From contig JAYZAY010000086.1 of assembly GCA_036339465.1 (NCBI GenBank), positions 1 through 28,055 on the forward strand: 28,055 nt of DNA. The letters run 5' to 3'. Origin of the DNA: Myxococcota bacterium (GTDB taxonomy: Bacteria > Myxococcota > XYA12-FULL-58-9 > JABJBS01). Positions 1-8,765 of the stretch are shown one piece after another. Position numbers and translations under genes: made by a program. Numbering within the stretch: the first letter of the stretch is position 1; each line of letters starts with the position of its first letter. Under the pieces are notes generated by a model that was not told the DNA's origin, made no database searches, and saw only the letters and a program-made list of their open reading frames with translations.

Positions 1-1352
1 AAACATAAGAACCCGAGTTTGAGGTTGCTTATGGCCAATCCCTGGCTACCCACCGTGAAATGCCTCAACATCTTCACACATCGCTTAGGTGCGTTCTCAT
101 AAAAAGAAAGAAAAAAAACACCCTTAAAGAGCACTCTTTCTGCGAATAAAAAAAACGCAAACAAGCACAAAGAAAACAAAAAGAAAGAAAGCCAAAAAAA
201 CCAAAAAAACCAAATAATGCAGCTACAACATGCAATTTTAGTCGTGTATTCAAAACACTCCGGCAGGTGGGGACGCAACAGTCGAGAATGTATACTCTCC
301 GCTTATAGGTGAATACCTCATAGGAGAGGGGCCAGCGTCCATCCAAAGGCCCTCTTTCGGTTTTTCAGCCCTAAGGGACAAAAGCCCGTTGCTTTCTGCA
401 GTGTCAGCACCGTAATGCGTTCGAGCGCCAGGCGCTCGAAAAAAAACGAAATGAGCTTCCTCACTGCAAGACTTAATAAGAAGCGAACCTGCCGCAACTT
501 AGACAAGGCTTTAAGCTGTGACGAAATTTAGGATTCTAATGTTGAAATTTCACGCAGCTGCTCCGCTGCATTCGTATGCAGGGATACTGACACTACTTCT
601 CGCTGTTCTGTGGGGAGGTTAACCATCGGATCCCATGCGGAAATAACATGATTAATCATCTCAGTTCCTCTGGTTCCAATTGCGAGAGTTTGAGTTGCTT
701 TAGGTTTTTTGGTGCCTGAGTCCGTAAGTCACTGATAGTTTGGTGCTTACGCTGGGATGTCTTTTTCAAATACGTTCTAGGTGGGCTATCGTTCTGATAT
801 TAGCGTTTATGTGAATGGCGTTCGTCGGCTTTGGCCCCACGTGTCAAAATGTACGTCTCTAATCACCTGGGATTACAGTAATTTTGATTCCTTCGCAGTT
901 TGACTGCCTAGTTTTTCGTTTTGGGTGCTTTAAAAGCCATCTCGAAGTCTTGCGAATAGCCGATCCCAAGGCTATTCGAGCCCCGTGTTTGGTGGCATCG
1001 TCAATCGGTGTAAACTGCGACACAAATAGGAATATCAATAGCCTTAGACTGGGGTTGGTTCGTTCTAATCCTGGTATTCGGTTTGTTTGGGCCTGCGCAG
1101 GCATTTCTTGTTATGGATAATTTTTTGGCTTGGCTGCTTCCTTGAAAAGGGTGGGCTCGTCGAGTTTATGGTTGCATCTAAAAGGCAGTTGGTTATTTAT
1201 CCGCATTGAGTCTTTGTTTCCTCTGTGGTGATAAGCTCGAAGTTGGCCGGAACGCGAAGTTCGGGTCCACGGAGAATCGATGCACTGGTTGGACGCATTG
1301 ATTGGCAGCGTTGTATTCCCACACTTACCGTCTTAAATTCCGAGCCACAGTC

Positions 1353-2111
1353 ATGGGTCATTCGAATCAACACATTCTTGAGTTTATTCAAACCTTGACG
1401 GATCGAGGTTTCGACATCGCTCATCCTTTTAGTCTCACCCGCTACAACAGGATGGTAGACACCCTCTTTCAAATCGATGAAAAAGGAGAAGAACCAAAGC
1501 TCGGCATGCTGGTGGGCAACACGAAAACAATATGGCCTCATTTCATTGGTTGGCTTGGTTTTGACACAAATCGTTTAGGGCTGGCAAATCCACTTGAGGA
1601 CTTCGTGGAGAAAAGCCTCGAAACTAGCTGCCAAAATCATCTAGCCAACTACAGCATCCTTTGGACCCATCGCAACAAGCCTCTAAGCATTCCCGCCCAA
1701 AAATTAGCACATGTCACCGGACTTGCCTACCTCAGCACAAGCCAACTCAATATTCATCCGACATTTGGGCCGTGGTTCGCCCTAAGGGCCGTGGTTCTAT
1801 TACCGGGAAAGATTAAGGGAGAATCGTTCATCGCTAAAAATCCTTGTGAACCTAAGCACGAAATCAAAGCCTATGAGCTCTTTAAAAAAGCACTGGCCGA
1901 AGTAAACGGAAGTGCGTCGTATAGTGAGACCAAAAGAAATTGGAAAAAGTGGCTTAAAATTCGGGATGCCTTTGAAGTGGGTAAAGAACACCGCTACGGC
2001 GACAACCAAATCAACTACCATTACACCGGCGATAGAGCAGTCTTAGAGCGAGAACTGAGACATAAAGAACTCTATGGATCAGAACAACCGAATGTTTTTA
2101 GCACTTCGTAG
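1353..2111 (+). CDS. MMACHC/CblC-like cobalamin-processing protein
   Basis: Motifs LVGNTK-IW, NPLEDFV, AQKLAHVTGLAY, IHPTFGPWFALRAVVL and EHRYGDNQINYHY parallel human MMACHC (AQTAAHVAGAAY, IHPRFGGWFAIRGVVL, ERYSEEQKAYF). ATG at 1353 is preferred over the TTG at 1302. Confidence 0.8.
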   Translation: MGHSNQHILEFIQTLTDRGFDIAHPFSLTRYNRMVDTLFQIDEKGEEPKLGMLVGNTKTIWPHFIGWLGFDTNRLGLANPLEDFVEKSLETSCQNHLANYSILWTHRNKPLSIPAQKLAHVTGLAYLSTSQLNIHPTFGPWFALRAVVLLPGKIKGESFIAKNPCEPKHEIKAYELFKKALAEVNGSASYSETKRNWKKWLKIRDAFEVGKEHRYGDNQINYHYTGDRAVLERELRHKELYGSEQPNVFSTS

Positions 2112-2367
2112 TTACCCAACCCCGTGGCTCATACCCACCGAATTTACTGCCCTCGATAACGTAATCGCCGCCATCAACAAAGCGGGCATCTTTCGACATT
2201 ACAAAATCTTTCCACAACACCCATTTCAATCAAGTCACCAAACAGGCCACCACAGCCTATGAAATGTAAATCGAGAATGCCGCTCTGCTCAGAGTCGTGA
2301 AAGAGCTGATCAAGCAGAACGCACAAATAGGCAAAAAGCCAGCCACTCTTGGTAAAGCTGCGAGAAA

Positions 2368-2995
2368 TTACATCTGCCGATAAGGTTTTGGGCGTTCCGT
2401 TTTGGTGCGGTATTGCTCGCGGGCCTCCACCCATTGAATCTCTTTGATGGCCAGCTCTTCAAAAAAGGAATCTTGGCTTTCCACCGCTCGATGCTCAACC
2501 AAACAAATACCCTAACCCGCCAAATCATAGGGCGGACAAGCCCCGCCCCCCAGCGAATCTTTCAAGATGGGTTGGACGTATTACCCGGAAACCCTGGTCT
2601 TCCAAGTTATAGCGGACTGCCTGAGTAAATTGTTCGGCTCAAAGCCCAGCATGGCCGCCCTCGCGGGATTCACCTCGTTCTCGGTGGCCTCGTAGTTCAT
2701 CGTGGTATCGGTGGATGATACGCTGGCCTAGAATCGCCCTCCCGTTTTCCAAAAAGTCGGTTCACCCCCTGCCTCTAAACCTCCCCTGAAAAACTGCTCG
2801 GGCGCCAAATCGTTGAAGCTACCACCATAGCCAAAGCAGGCAAAGGAGGGCCCTCAACACCCAATCCTCGGCACTTTGGATGCCTTGGTCAATGGCCTCT
2901 TGGAGCTTAAGGGCTTCTTTTTCCAAATGGGGATGGTTCTTTCAGGCGTGGTCAATCACTTGCTCAAAGGAGAGGGCGGTGACAGAGAAATACAA
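2368..2995 (-). pseudogene. Decayed TolC-like outer-membrane efflux protein fragment
   Basis: Manual translation across stops and frameshifts gives ALSFEQVIDHA*KNHPHLEKEALKLQEA ... GLEAGGEPTFWKTGGRF*ASVSSTDT ... ELAIKEIQWVEAREQ. This resembles the TolC-family N-terminal helix and the 'xTGGR' strand motif. Confidence 0.45.
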
Positions 2996-3003
2996 ATGCG
3001 AGC

Positions 3004-3852
3004 CTATCGCTCTCCCTTGCCGGGGCCACGAACCATGGCGTTCTTCCCAAAATTCACGGCATCTGTATTCTCTGAACCCGGTGCTGCAATGGAGACACCC
3101 CCATCGATATCCAGGATCGTGCCATTAATATAGGATGCGGCATCGGAAGCGAGAAAGAGGGCGCCATCGGCAATATCGTCGTTATTACCCCATCGTTTCA
3201 GGGGCACTGCATTGGTGATTTTGTCTCTCATGGACTGGTCTTTGGCGATGACATTTTCCATCCCCCACGAACCTTCGATGGGACCGGGTGATAGACCATT
3301 GACCCGAACCCCCACCGGACCCCATTCCACCGAAAGACATTTGGTGAGCATATTGACCCCGGCTTTGGCGGAGCAAACATGGCTTTGAAAAGGAAGGGGA
3401 CGAACCGCTTCGGGTGCGGTGATGGAAATCAGCGAAGCGCCCGGACGATTGAGATGCTCGAAACTGGCGCGATAGACGTTGTAGGTTCCAATGAGATCAA
3501 TATCGATGATGGAGCGAAAGCCGTTGGCCGACATCCCGATGGCTGGGGCGTAGAAGTTGCCCGCTTGAGCCGCCACCACGATATCCATCTTGCCGAGTTT
3601 CTCAGCGATGGTCTTGGCGATTTCTTCCATGCGCTCATACTCACGGACATCGCCGGCCAAGCCTAGGGTTTCACCACCGTATTCGGCCAGGGCTTGCACC
3701 GCCTCTCGCACTCGGCCTTCGTCACGACTCATCACCGCGACCTTGGCACCGTGCTCAGCATAGCGTTTGGCGATGCCCAAGTTAAAGCCACGGGTTCCCC
3801 CGGCCACAAATGCAACCTTACCTTCGAGTATTTTCTCGGCGTAAACCATCAC
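3004..3852 (-). CDS. SDR family oxidoreductase (2,4-dienoyl-CoA reductase-like)
   Basis: Rossmann motif VAGGTRGFN, AAQAGNF, HVCSAKAGV (H instead of Y, as in the DECR-like subgroup), PGPIEG and INGTILDIDGG. A GGAGG RBS precedes GTG/ATG at 3852/3849. Confidence 0.92.
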   Translation of the reverse strand: MMVYAEKILEGKVAFVAGGTRGFNLGIAKRYAEHGAKVAVMSRDEGRVREAVQALAEYGGETLGLAGDVREYERMEEIAKTIAEKLGKMDIVVAAQAGNFYAPAIGMSANGFRSIIDIDLIGTYNVYRASFEHLNRPGASLISITAPEAVRPLPFQSHVCSAKAGVNMLTKCLSVEWGPVGVRVNGLSPGPIEGSWGMENVIAKDQSMRDKITNAVPLKRWGNNDDIADGALFLASDAASYINGTILDIDGGVSIAAPGSENTDAVNFGKNAMVRGPGKGER

Positions 3853-3870
3853 TGACCTCCAGGGTGAAGA

Positions 3871-3884
3871 TAGAACGTGTTCTA
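3871..3884. promoter_or_regulatory. Palindromic operator TAGAACGTGTTCTA upstream of the SDR gene
   Basis: 14-bp near-perfect palindrome about 19 bp upstream of the SDR start. It fits the TnnAACnnGTTnnA pattern of KstR-type TetR operators. Confidence 0.5.
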
Positions 3885-3945
3885 GTTAGCTAGCCTATGG
3901 TAGGGAAAGATACCAGCAGAAAATATAAAATAGGTATTCGAATTG

Positions 3946-4510
3946 TGTGCAACCCGAGACCTACTTTACGTTTTAGACCGGGGACCTTCTTTACACTTTT
4001 AAGCCTTGTTTGTTGTTGTCTTCAATATCAATGCAGGTTTTTGATTCTCCATCTAGATATGCAATCTCTGTATCCATAAATGAAACAAGCATGTTCCAAT
4101 TGTTTTCTCCTTGAATCCAAAAGGGTGAGATGCACCCCTTCATGCTTTCCGTTTTGCTCTGGGTGACCTGGCTCAATGCGTTCTATTTCGAATCCGAGCC
4201 TGATGAGCTACCGAGAGTCGAGACAAGGCTAAACGTCCGGAAGCGGTAAATGGGCATCCGTTCTGATAACGGATGCCCTCTGGTATTCCCTCCTTGGCAA
4301 ACACCGACCAGAGGGACATTTCAGCGCCCGCACTTTTGGTGTTTTCCAAGGACTCACAAGCTAGAATGTCACGAACAAAATAACCCGTGAGGGTGAAGGA
4401 ATAACAATAACGCCTATTTTACGTCCTAAAATGACCTTTATAATCCCTGCACCAAAGTTGATTGGGTGCTTCAGTTTAGTTTTCCTCCTTTGGGTGCGGT
4501 GTGTGTTTTT
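3946..4510 (-). mobile_element. IS481-family transposase remnant with its right end (internally deleted), copy 1
   Basis: Broken translation PNQLWCRDYKGHF..RYCY..LT..ILACE..EGIP..IEPGHPEQNGKHE..FMDTEIAYLDGE. The end has two repeated (T/C)GTAAAG-W-AGGTC motifs and terminates in ...GCACA (TGT on the + strand at 3946). Confidence 0.8.
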
Positions 4511-4656
4511 TTGAGGGGGGGGGGAGGAGAGGCTGAACTCACCCAGGGAGAAGCGACTAAAAAGCGGTGTAAAAAGTCCCATAATACAAACTTGTTTGTT
4601 GTTATTGTGTTCTCAAGGCGCCACAAGCTCAAAGATTGCCTACATGGATATTTGTG

Positions 4657-5498
4657 ATGCCGTTTGATTGGAAAAAGATACTTTCTGATAAAGAATTGAT
4701 GGAAGACAATCTTTCTCGAATGCACCGCACTCGAGAAGATGAAGCGAATCTTTTGGCTCTGCCCGCCGAAATCAACCACCACAAGCTCTTTGCGCCGGAG
4801 GGCTACTTTTCGATGTTTCAATTTTGTGTGAAACATCTCCATCTTTTTGGAGTCTGCGGCCTTTAGGCGCATCGGCGGAGCGTAGAAAGGCGAAGTGGCG
4901 TGGCACCGAAAGCGAAAAAGCTCGGGAAATCTGCGGGGACTCCAAGCAGAAACTTAAAATCCTGTGTTTGGGCCTTGCCTCGGAAAAATCCCCCTAAAGA
5001 TTCGGCCCAGGGTTGTTTGTTACTCGCCCCAAAAAGAGCAGGGAAAGAAAGAAAAAAAAGAGCCTGCCTGCACTTCCCCCAGGAAAATTTCTCCGGCCAA
5101 AGATATTGCCTTAGCTCCCCCCCAGGTTTCGGCTGCAGGTAGAGATGGACCACGCCCTCTAGAAAAAGGCACGAGAAGCACAAGTCTTGATGCTATATGG
5201 CCAAAAATCCCTCTGGGAGGTGTGGGCGAAATCTTTGGCGCTGCTGATTGAAACGCAAATGACAGAAAAATTTAAGCAAGTCGAAGAGCCTCGCAAAAAA
5301 CGAGCTTCGGCCTAGAAAAACACCCGCCATATTCCAAGTGCTGTCAAACGGGAAGTAGCCCTGCGCGACCATTTCTAGTGTCGCTTTGTGGGAAAATATG
5401 GTCGGCAGTGTGGAGAAAAACGGGGATTGGCCCATCACCACCTCCAGGCCTTTGCCCTAGGTGGTATGAAATATGCCAATGGCAAACATTTACCTGAG
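4657..5498 (+). pseudogene. HNH endonuclease pseudogene (multi-copy 'LSDxEL...GYSSMFxYC' type), copy 1
   Basis: N-terminus LSDKELM..EANLLAL.AEI..KLFAPEGYFSMFQFCVKHLHL/ESAAFRRI and C-terminus RHIPSAVKREVALRD..CRFVGK.GR.CGEKRGL..HH..AFALGG. It has multiple frameshifts and stops and lacks the central part. Confidence 0.8.
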
Positions 5499-5665
5499 AT
5501 GATTAAAGGGGTTTCATTCATCGAAACTAACCGAATGAATGAAATTGATGACCCATCTGACAATCGGAAACAAAAATATTCGGTCAATTTAACAAAACCG
5601 CTCTTTCCTATAAAGCTTAGGTATGCTGCTATGCCTCCAAACTTGACTGAAGAGAACCAAGAAGT

Positions 5666-6493
5666 ATGAACCTCACTAAAATCTTTGACCGTTTCGTTTA
5701 CACCCATGTCAAGGAGGCCTTTGACTACCTCTACAATCTCTCCTCCATGGGAAAACAAGAAAGCTTTCCACAAACCACCAAATTCATCGGACATCGTGGC
5801 GTCTTTTGTCATCCAACCCTCAAAGAAAATACCTTTGCCGCCTTCGATGCCGCAGTCACACTGGGAGCGGGCATTGAATTTGACATTCGGCTCAGCAGCG
5901 ATGGGATCCCCATGGTTCATCACGACAGCAATCTTCAGCGTGTCTTTGGTATTGACGCAGAAATTGCAAACCACAGTGCCAGCGAAATTCAAGCCACTGC
6001 GCCAGTTCCGACCCTCGCAGAAGTCCTGGATCGCTACGGTGAAAAAGCCCCCTTCCTTTTCATTGAAGACAAAAACACCCCAGGCAATGGCGGCACACAA
6101 ACATCCTCTAGAATCATCGAAGCCGAACTGAAAAAGCGTGACCTCACTCAAAAAGCAGCCGTCATCGCCCTCAAAACAGAAATCATTGAAATTTATCGGC
6201 AAGAAACCCAAGATATCAAACTCGCAATCATCTATATGGTCAGCCCCAAGAAAGCCCTTGAATATATGCAAAAACACTCAAACATAGGATTGATGGGCTG
6301 GTATGCCACTTTTCCTGTGGAAATAGAAAAGCAAATCCCAACACACGAAAAAATCTTCGGCTGCGGTTTCCTCAATTGGGACGGCACTGCCCGTCGGTTT
6401 GCCCGCAAGGGGTTTCCATTTTTGTTCAGCGATAGAGTCGACCGAGTTATCCCCAAAATAATGAGCCTGCAAAATAATCAGCCTGCAAAATAA
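5666..6493 (+). CDS. Glycerophosphodiester phosphodiesterase (GDPD family)
   Basis: Motifs IGHRG, ENTFAAF, IEFDIRLSSDGIPMVHHD, VPTLAEVL and FSDR. Confidence 0.92.
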   Translation: MNLTKIFDRFVYTHVKEAFDYLYNLSSMGKQESFPQTTKFIGHRGVFCHPTLKENTFAAFDAAVTLGAGIEFDIRLSSDGIPMVHHDSNLQRVFGIDAEIANHSASEIQATAPVPTLAEVLDRYGEKAPFLFIEDKNTPGNGGTQTSSRIIEAELKKRDLTQKAAVIALKTEIIEIYRQETQDIKLAIIYMVSPKKALEYMQKHSNIGLMGWYATFPVEIEKQIPTHEKIFGCGFLNWDGTARRFARKGFPFLFSDRVDRVIPKIMSLQNNQPAK

Positions 6494-6516
6494 TGAGCCT
6501 GCAAAATAATGAGCCT
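6455..6516 (+). repeat. 16-bp tandem repeat (AAAATAATGAGCCTGC) x ~3.9
   Basis: Units start at 6455, 6471 (one mismatch), 6487 and 6503 (partial). The repeat overlaps the GDPD stop codon. Confidence 0.95.
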
Positions 6517-6641
6517 CTAAGCTAAGTTCTCTTATTGCTAAACGGGCAACCAAATATTGAATTCCGAACCACCAAGCAGCTCCGAGCTACCACTGCTCAT
6601 GTCTCTCGAGTGCAGCTTGATAATTTTCGCCGTGAGGCCAA

Positions 6642-6688
6642 CCCAAAGCCCCAGACCTTTCCCAAAGCCCCAGACCTTTCCCAAAGCC
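6642..6688 (+). repeat. 19-bp tandem repeat (CCCAAAGCCCCAGACCTTT) x ~2.5
   Basis: Units start at 6642 and 6661, with a partial unit at 6680. Confidence 0.9.
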
Positions 6689-6790
6689 TTTGGTGGTAAA
6701 AAACGCGTACATCACCTCGTCTCGGATGGCTTCCTTAAATAGCGCCCCCTGAATCCTCCACCGGCAGAAAAAAACCGCCAACAAGAAAAA

Positions 6791-7405
6791 TCAGGGGTAA
6801 AGACGCTGGGCTCTCCAAGGACTGAAGCAATCGTCACGCTCGAAGACAACACGTTCATGAAGTCGATTGGGTTTCGACTGCCAAAACTCAATGGAGCGGG
6901 GTTGAACCAAAAACCCAGACCAATGGTCGGGACGGGGAATTTCCCGTCCCTCAAACTCATGGGTCACTCGGTCCACGCGAGCCAAAAGTTCGGCCCGATT
7001 CGGAAGAAATTCAGATTGCTTGGAGGCCCTAGCTCCAGCCTGACTCAATCTGCCCCGGCTTCGAAAATACCCATCGGCCACATCCGAATCAACGGGCAGC
7101 ACCACACCCTCAATCCGAATCTGTCGTTCCAATGATTCCCAATAGAAGAGTAGGGCGGTGTTAGGATTGTTTAATAAATTTTTGCTCTTCCGGCTGTTTA
7201 GATTGGTATAAAAGATGAAGCCATCTTCGGAATAGTCTTTTAGAAGAACCATACGAATCGACGGTCGACCCTGGGGATCCACTGAGCAAACAGCCATGGA
7301 CTCCGCATACGCCATCTCCAATTTTGCCGCTGCATCAAACCAATTGTCAAAAAGAACAAACGGCTCTGGCGGACTCGTGATGGATATTTCCTCAAGTTCT
7401 AGCAT
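6791..7405 (-). CDS. pdxH: Pyridoxamine 5'-phosphate oxidase
   Basis: Motifs RMVLLK, FYTNLNSRK, LLFYW..LERQIRIEG, GARASKQS, RPDHWSG, EFWQ..PNRLHER and RLYP. ATG at 7405 is preferred. Confidence 0.97.
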   Translation of the reverse strand: MLELEEISITSPPEPFVLFDNWFDAAAKLEMAYAESMAVCSVDPQGRPSIRMVLLKDYSEDGFIFYTNLNSRKSKNLLNNPNTALLFYWESLERQIRIEGVVLPVDSDVADGYFRSRGRLSQAGARASKQSEFLPNRAELLARVDRVTHEFEGREIPRPDHWSGFLVQPRSIEFWQSKPNRLHERVVFERDDCFSPWRAQRLYP

Positions 7406-7680
7406 TTGATTCCCCGCGTGATCATTCCCAGGACAATTTAACAATCTTGCCTATAAAATCAAGCCTTAACCGAGCCGAGGATACCTCCGTCCACTGGAGT
7501 CAACTGATAGCCCCCCCACACACAAACCTCACAACCCAGAAGTAATCCCATGACGAACTGTCCTGATCTTCGCCCCCATCGCCGAAAGCCTATCTCTGTG
7601 GGGCTGCATCAAAGACCAAACAAAAGCCGTCTGTGGTTACCCATAGAACGATCTCAAATAACGTCACGTCATCTGGGCAA

Positions 7681-7781
7681 TTGCAATAAGACGACTCACC
7701 GACCACCAAAACGATCCTCCTTTGCAATAAGACGACTCACCGACCACCAAAACGATCCTCCTTTGCAATAAGACGACTCAC
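7681..7781 (+). repeat. 41-bp tandem repeat x 2.5, each unit carrying one iteron-like motif
   Basis: TTGCAATAAGACGACTCACCGACCACCAAAACGATCCTCCT occurs at 7681 and 7722, and its first 19 bp at 7763. Confidence 0.95.
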
Positions 7782-8642
7782 AGGAATCCCTATGGGGAGA
7801 TGATTTATTGCAACGATTGCTCGCCTATCGTTCTGAATTCAAACACCTATTTTGCAATAAAACCACTCGCTAAATCAGCCCCTCACGCGAAGGAATTACT
7901 TATGTAAGTGATTTTGCAATAATGAATCACAATGGTCGCCTTTCTGGGGAGAAATGTTATTGCACCGGAGAGAGATACCCCACTTTGCAATAATGCTACT
8001 CCCCACCGTCATTTCGCGAGCCTTTTTATAGCAAAATCTTCCCTTCCTCTCGAGAAAACAACATCAACGATATATTCTCTTTTGATATTCATAACTTCTA
8101 TCATCAAATCACCCTCATGTTATCCCCGCGAGATGACATATTGCTCTGGGAATTGATGGATTTCACAGAGATAGATTGTAGCATTCCCCCTTAAAAGCTC
8201 CATGAATGCCCACATATGCAATGACTCGTCTCGGCCTTTTCCCGGGGGCCGAATATAATTCCGCGGCGTCCTTTTTCCTGGGCGAACTGTGACGCCTTAT
8301 TGCAAAATATGTGATGAATTATTGCATAATATCCCCTTTTTATTTGCTTGAATCTCACCAATCTGTTGCAATACATGGAGTGCAATGCGTGGCATATCCC
8401 CTAAAGTGAGAATGGATGTAGCAGGAAAAGTGACAACTTATTGCAATACCAACCTCGGGGAAGTCCCAGCGAAAAACGAAATATCTTTTTTAGCAAAAAC
8501 AGATGGTTATAGACTCCGCAAAAAAGAGAGTGAATTGAAACCTGAGATGCCTTATTGCTACGAGAGATTACTTATTGCTCTAAACGAGAGGCGTTATTGC
8601 AAAAAAAGTGACTGGATGTAGCAAAAAGTGAGCACTTATATG
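7681..8642. promoter_or_regulatory. Putative iteron-containing replication origin
   Basis: GCAATAA-N5-CWC occurs at 7683, 7724, 7765, 7854, 7916 and 7987. GWG-N5-TTATTGC occurs at 7797, 7949, 8289, 8311, 8430, 8544, 8564 and 8586. Degenerate copies lie at 8018, 8130, 8168, 8218, 8408, 8608 and 8628. The region has AT-rich stretches and lies directly upstream of a Rep-like gene. Confidence 0.8.
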
Positions 8643-8765
8643 GCATTTTTCATGGTCTATGTGTTTAAGATTTCTACGGGTTTTGAAAGCTAAATGTTCT
8701 AAATGAATTAAACAAATCAAACACACTGAGACTCGGAATAATGATTGAGAATTGGGGGAGAAGGT

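Noticed and set aside
420..447. Hairpin as an intrinsic terminator
   Set aside because: The U-tract would precede the stem on the minus strand and an A-tract follows it on the plus strand, which is the wrong geometry.
5435..6277. 280-aa minus-strand ORF
   Set aside because: It is the antisense shadow of the well-supported GDPD gene.
7681..7781. 41-bp repeats as a mini-CRISPR array
   Set aside because: The intervening sequences are identical (a pure tandem duplication), there are no unique spacers or cas genes, and the conserved part is the iteron motif.
8120..8128. TTATCCCCG as a DnaA box
   Set aside because: It has two mismatches to TTATCCACA and there is no cluster of good boxes, so it is not supportable alone.
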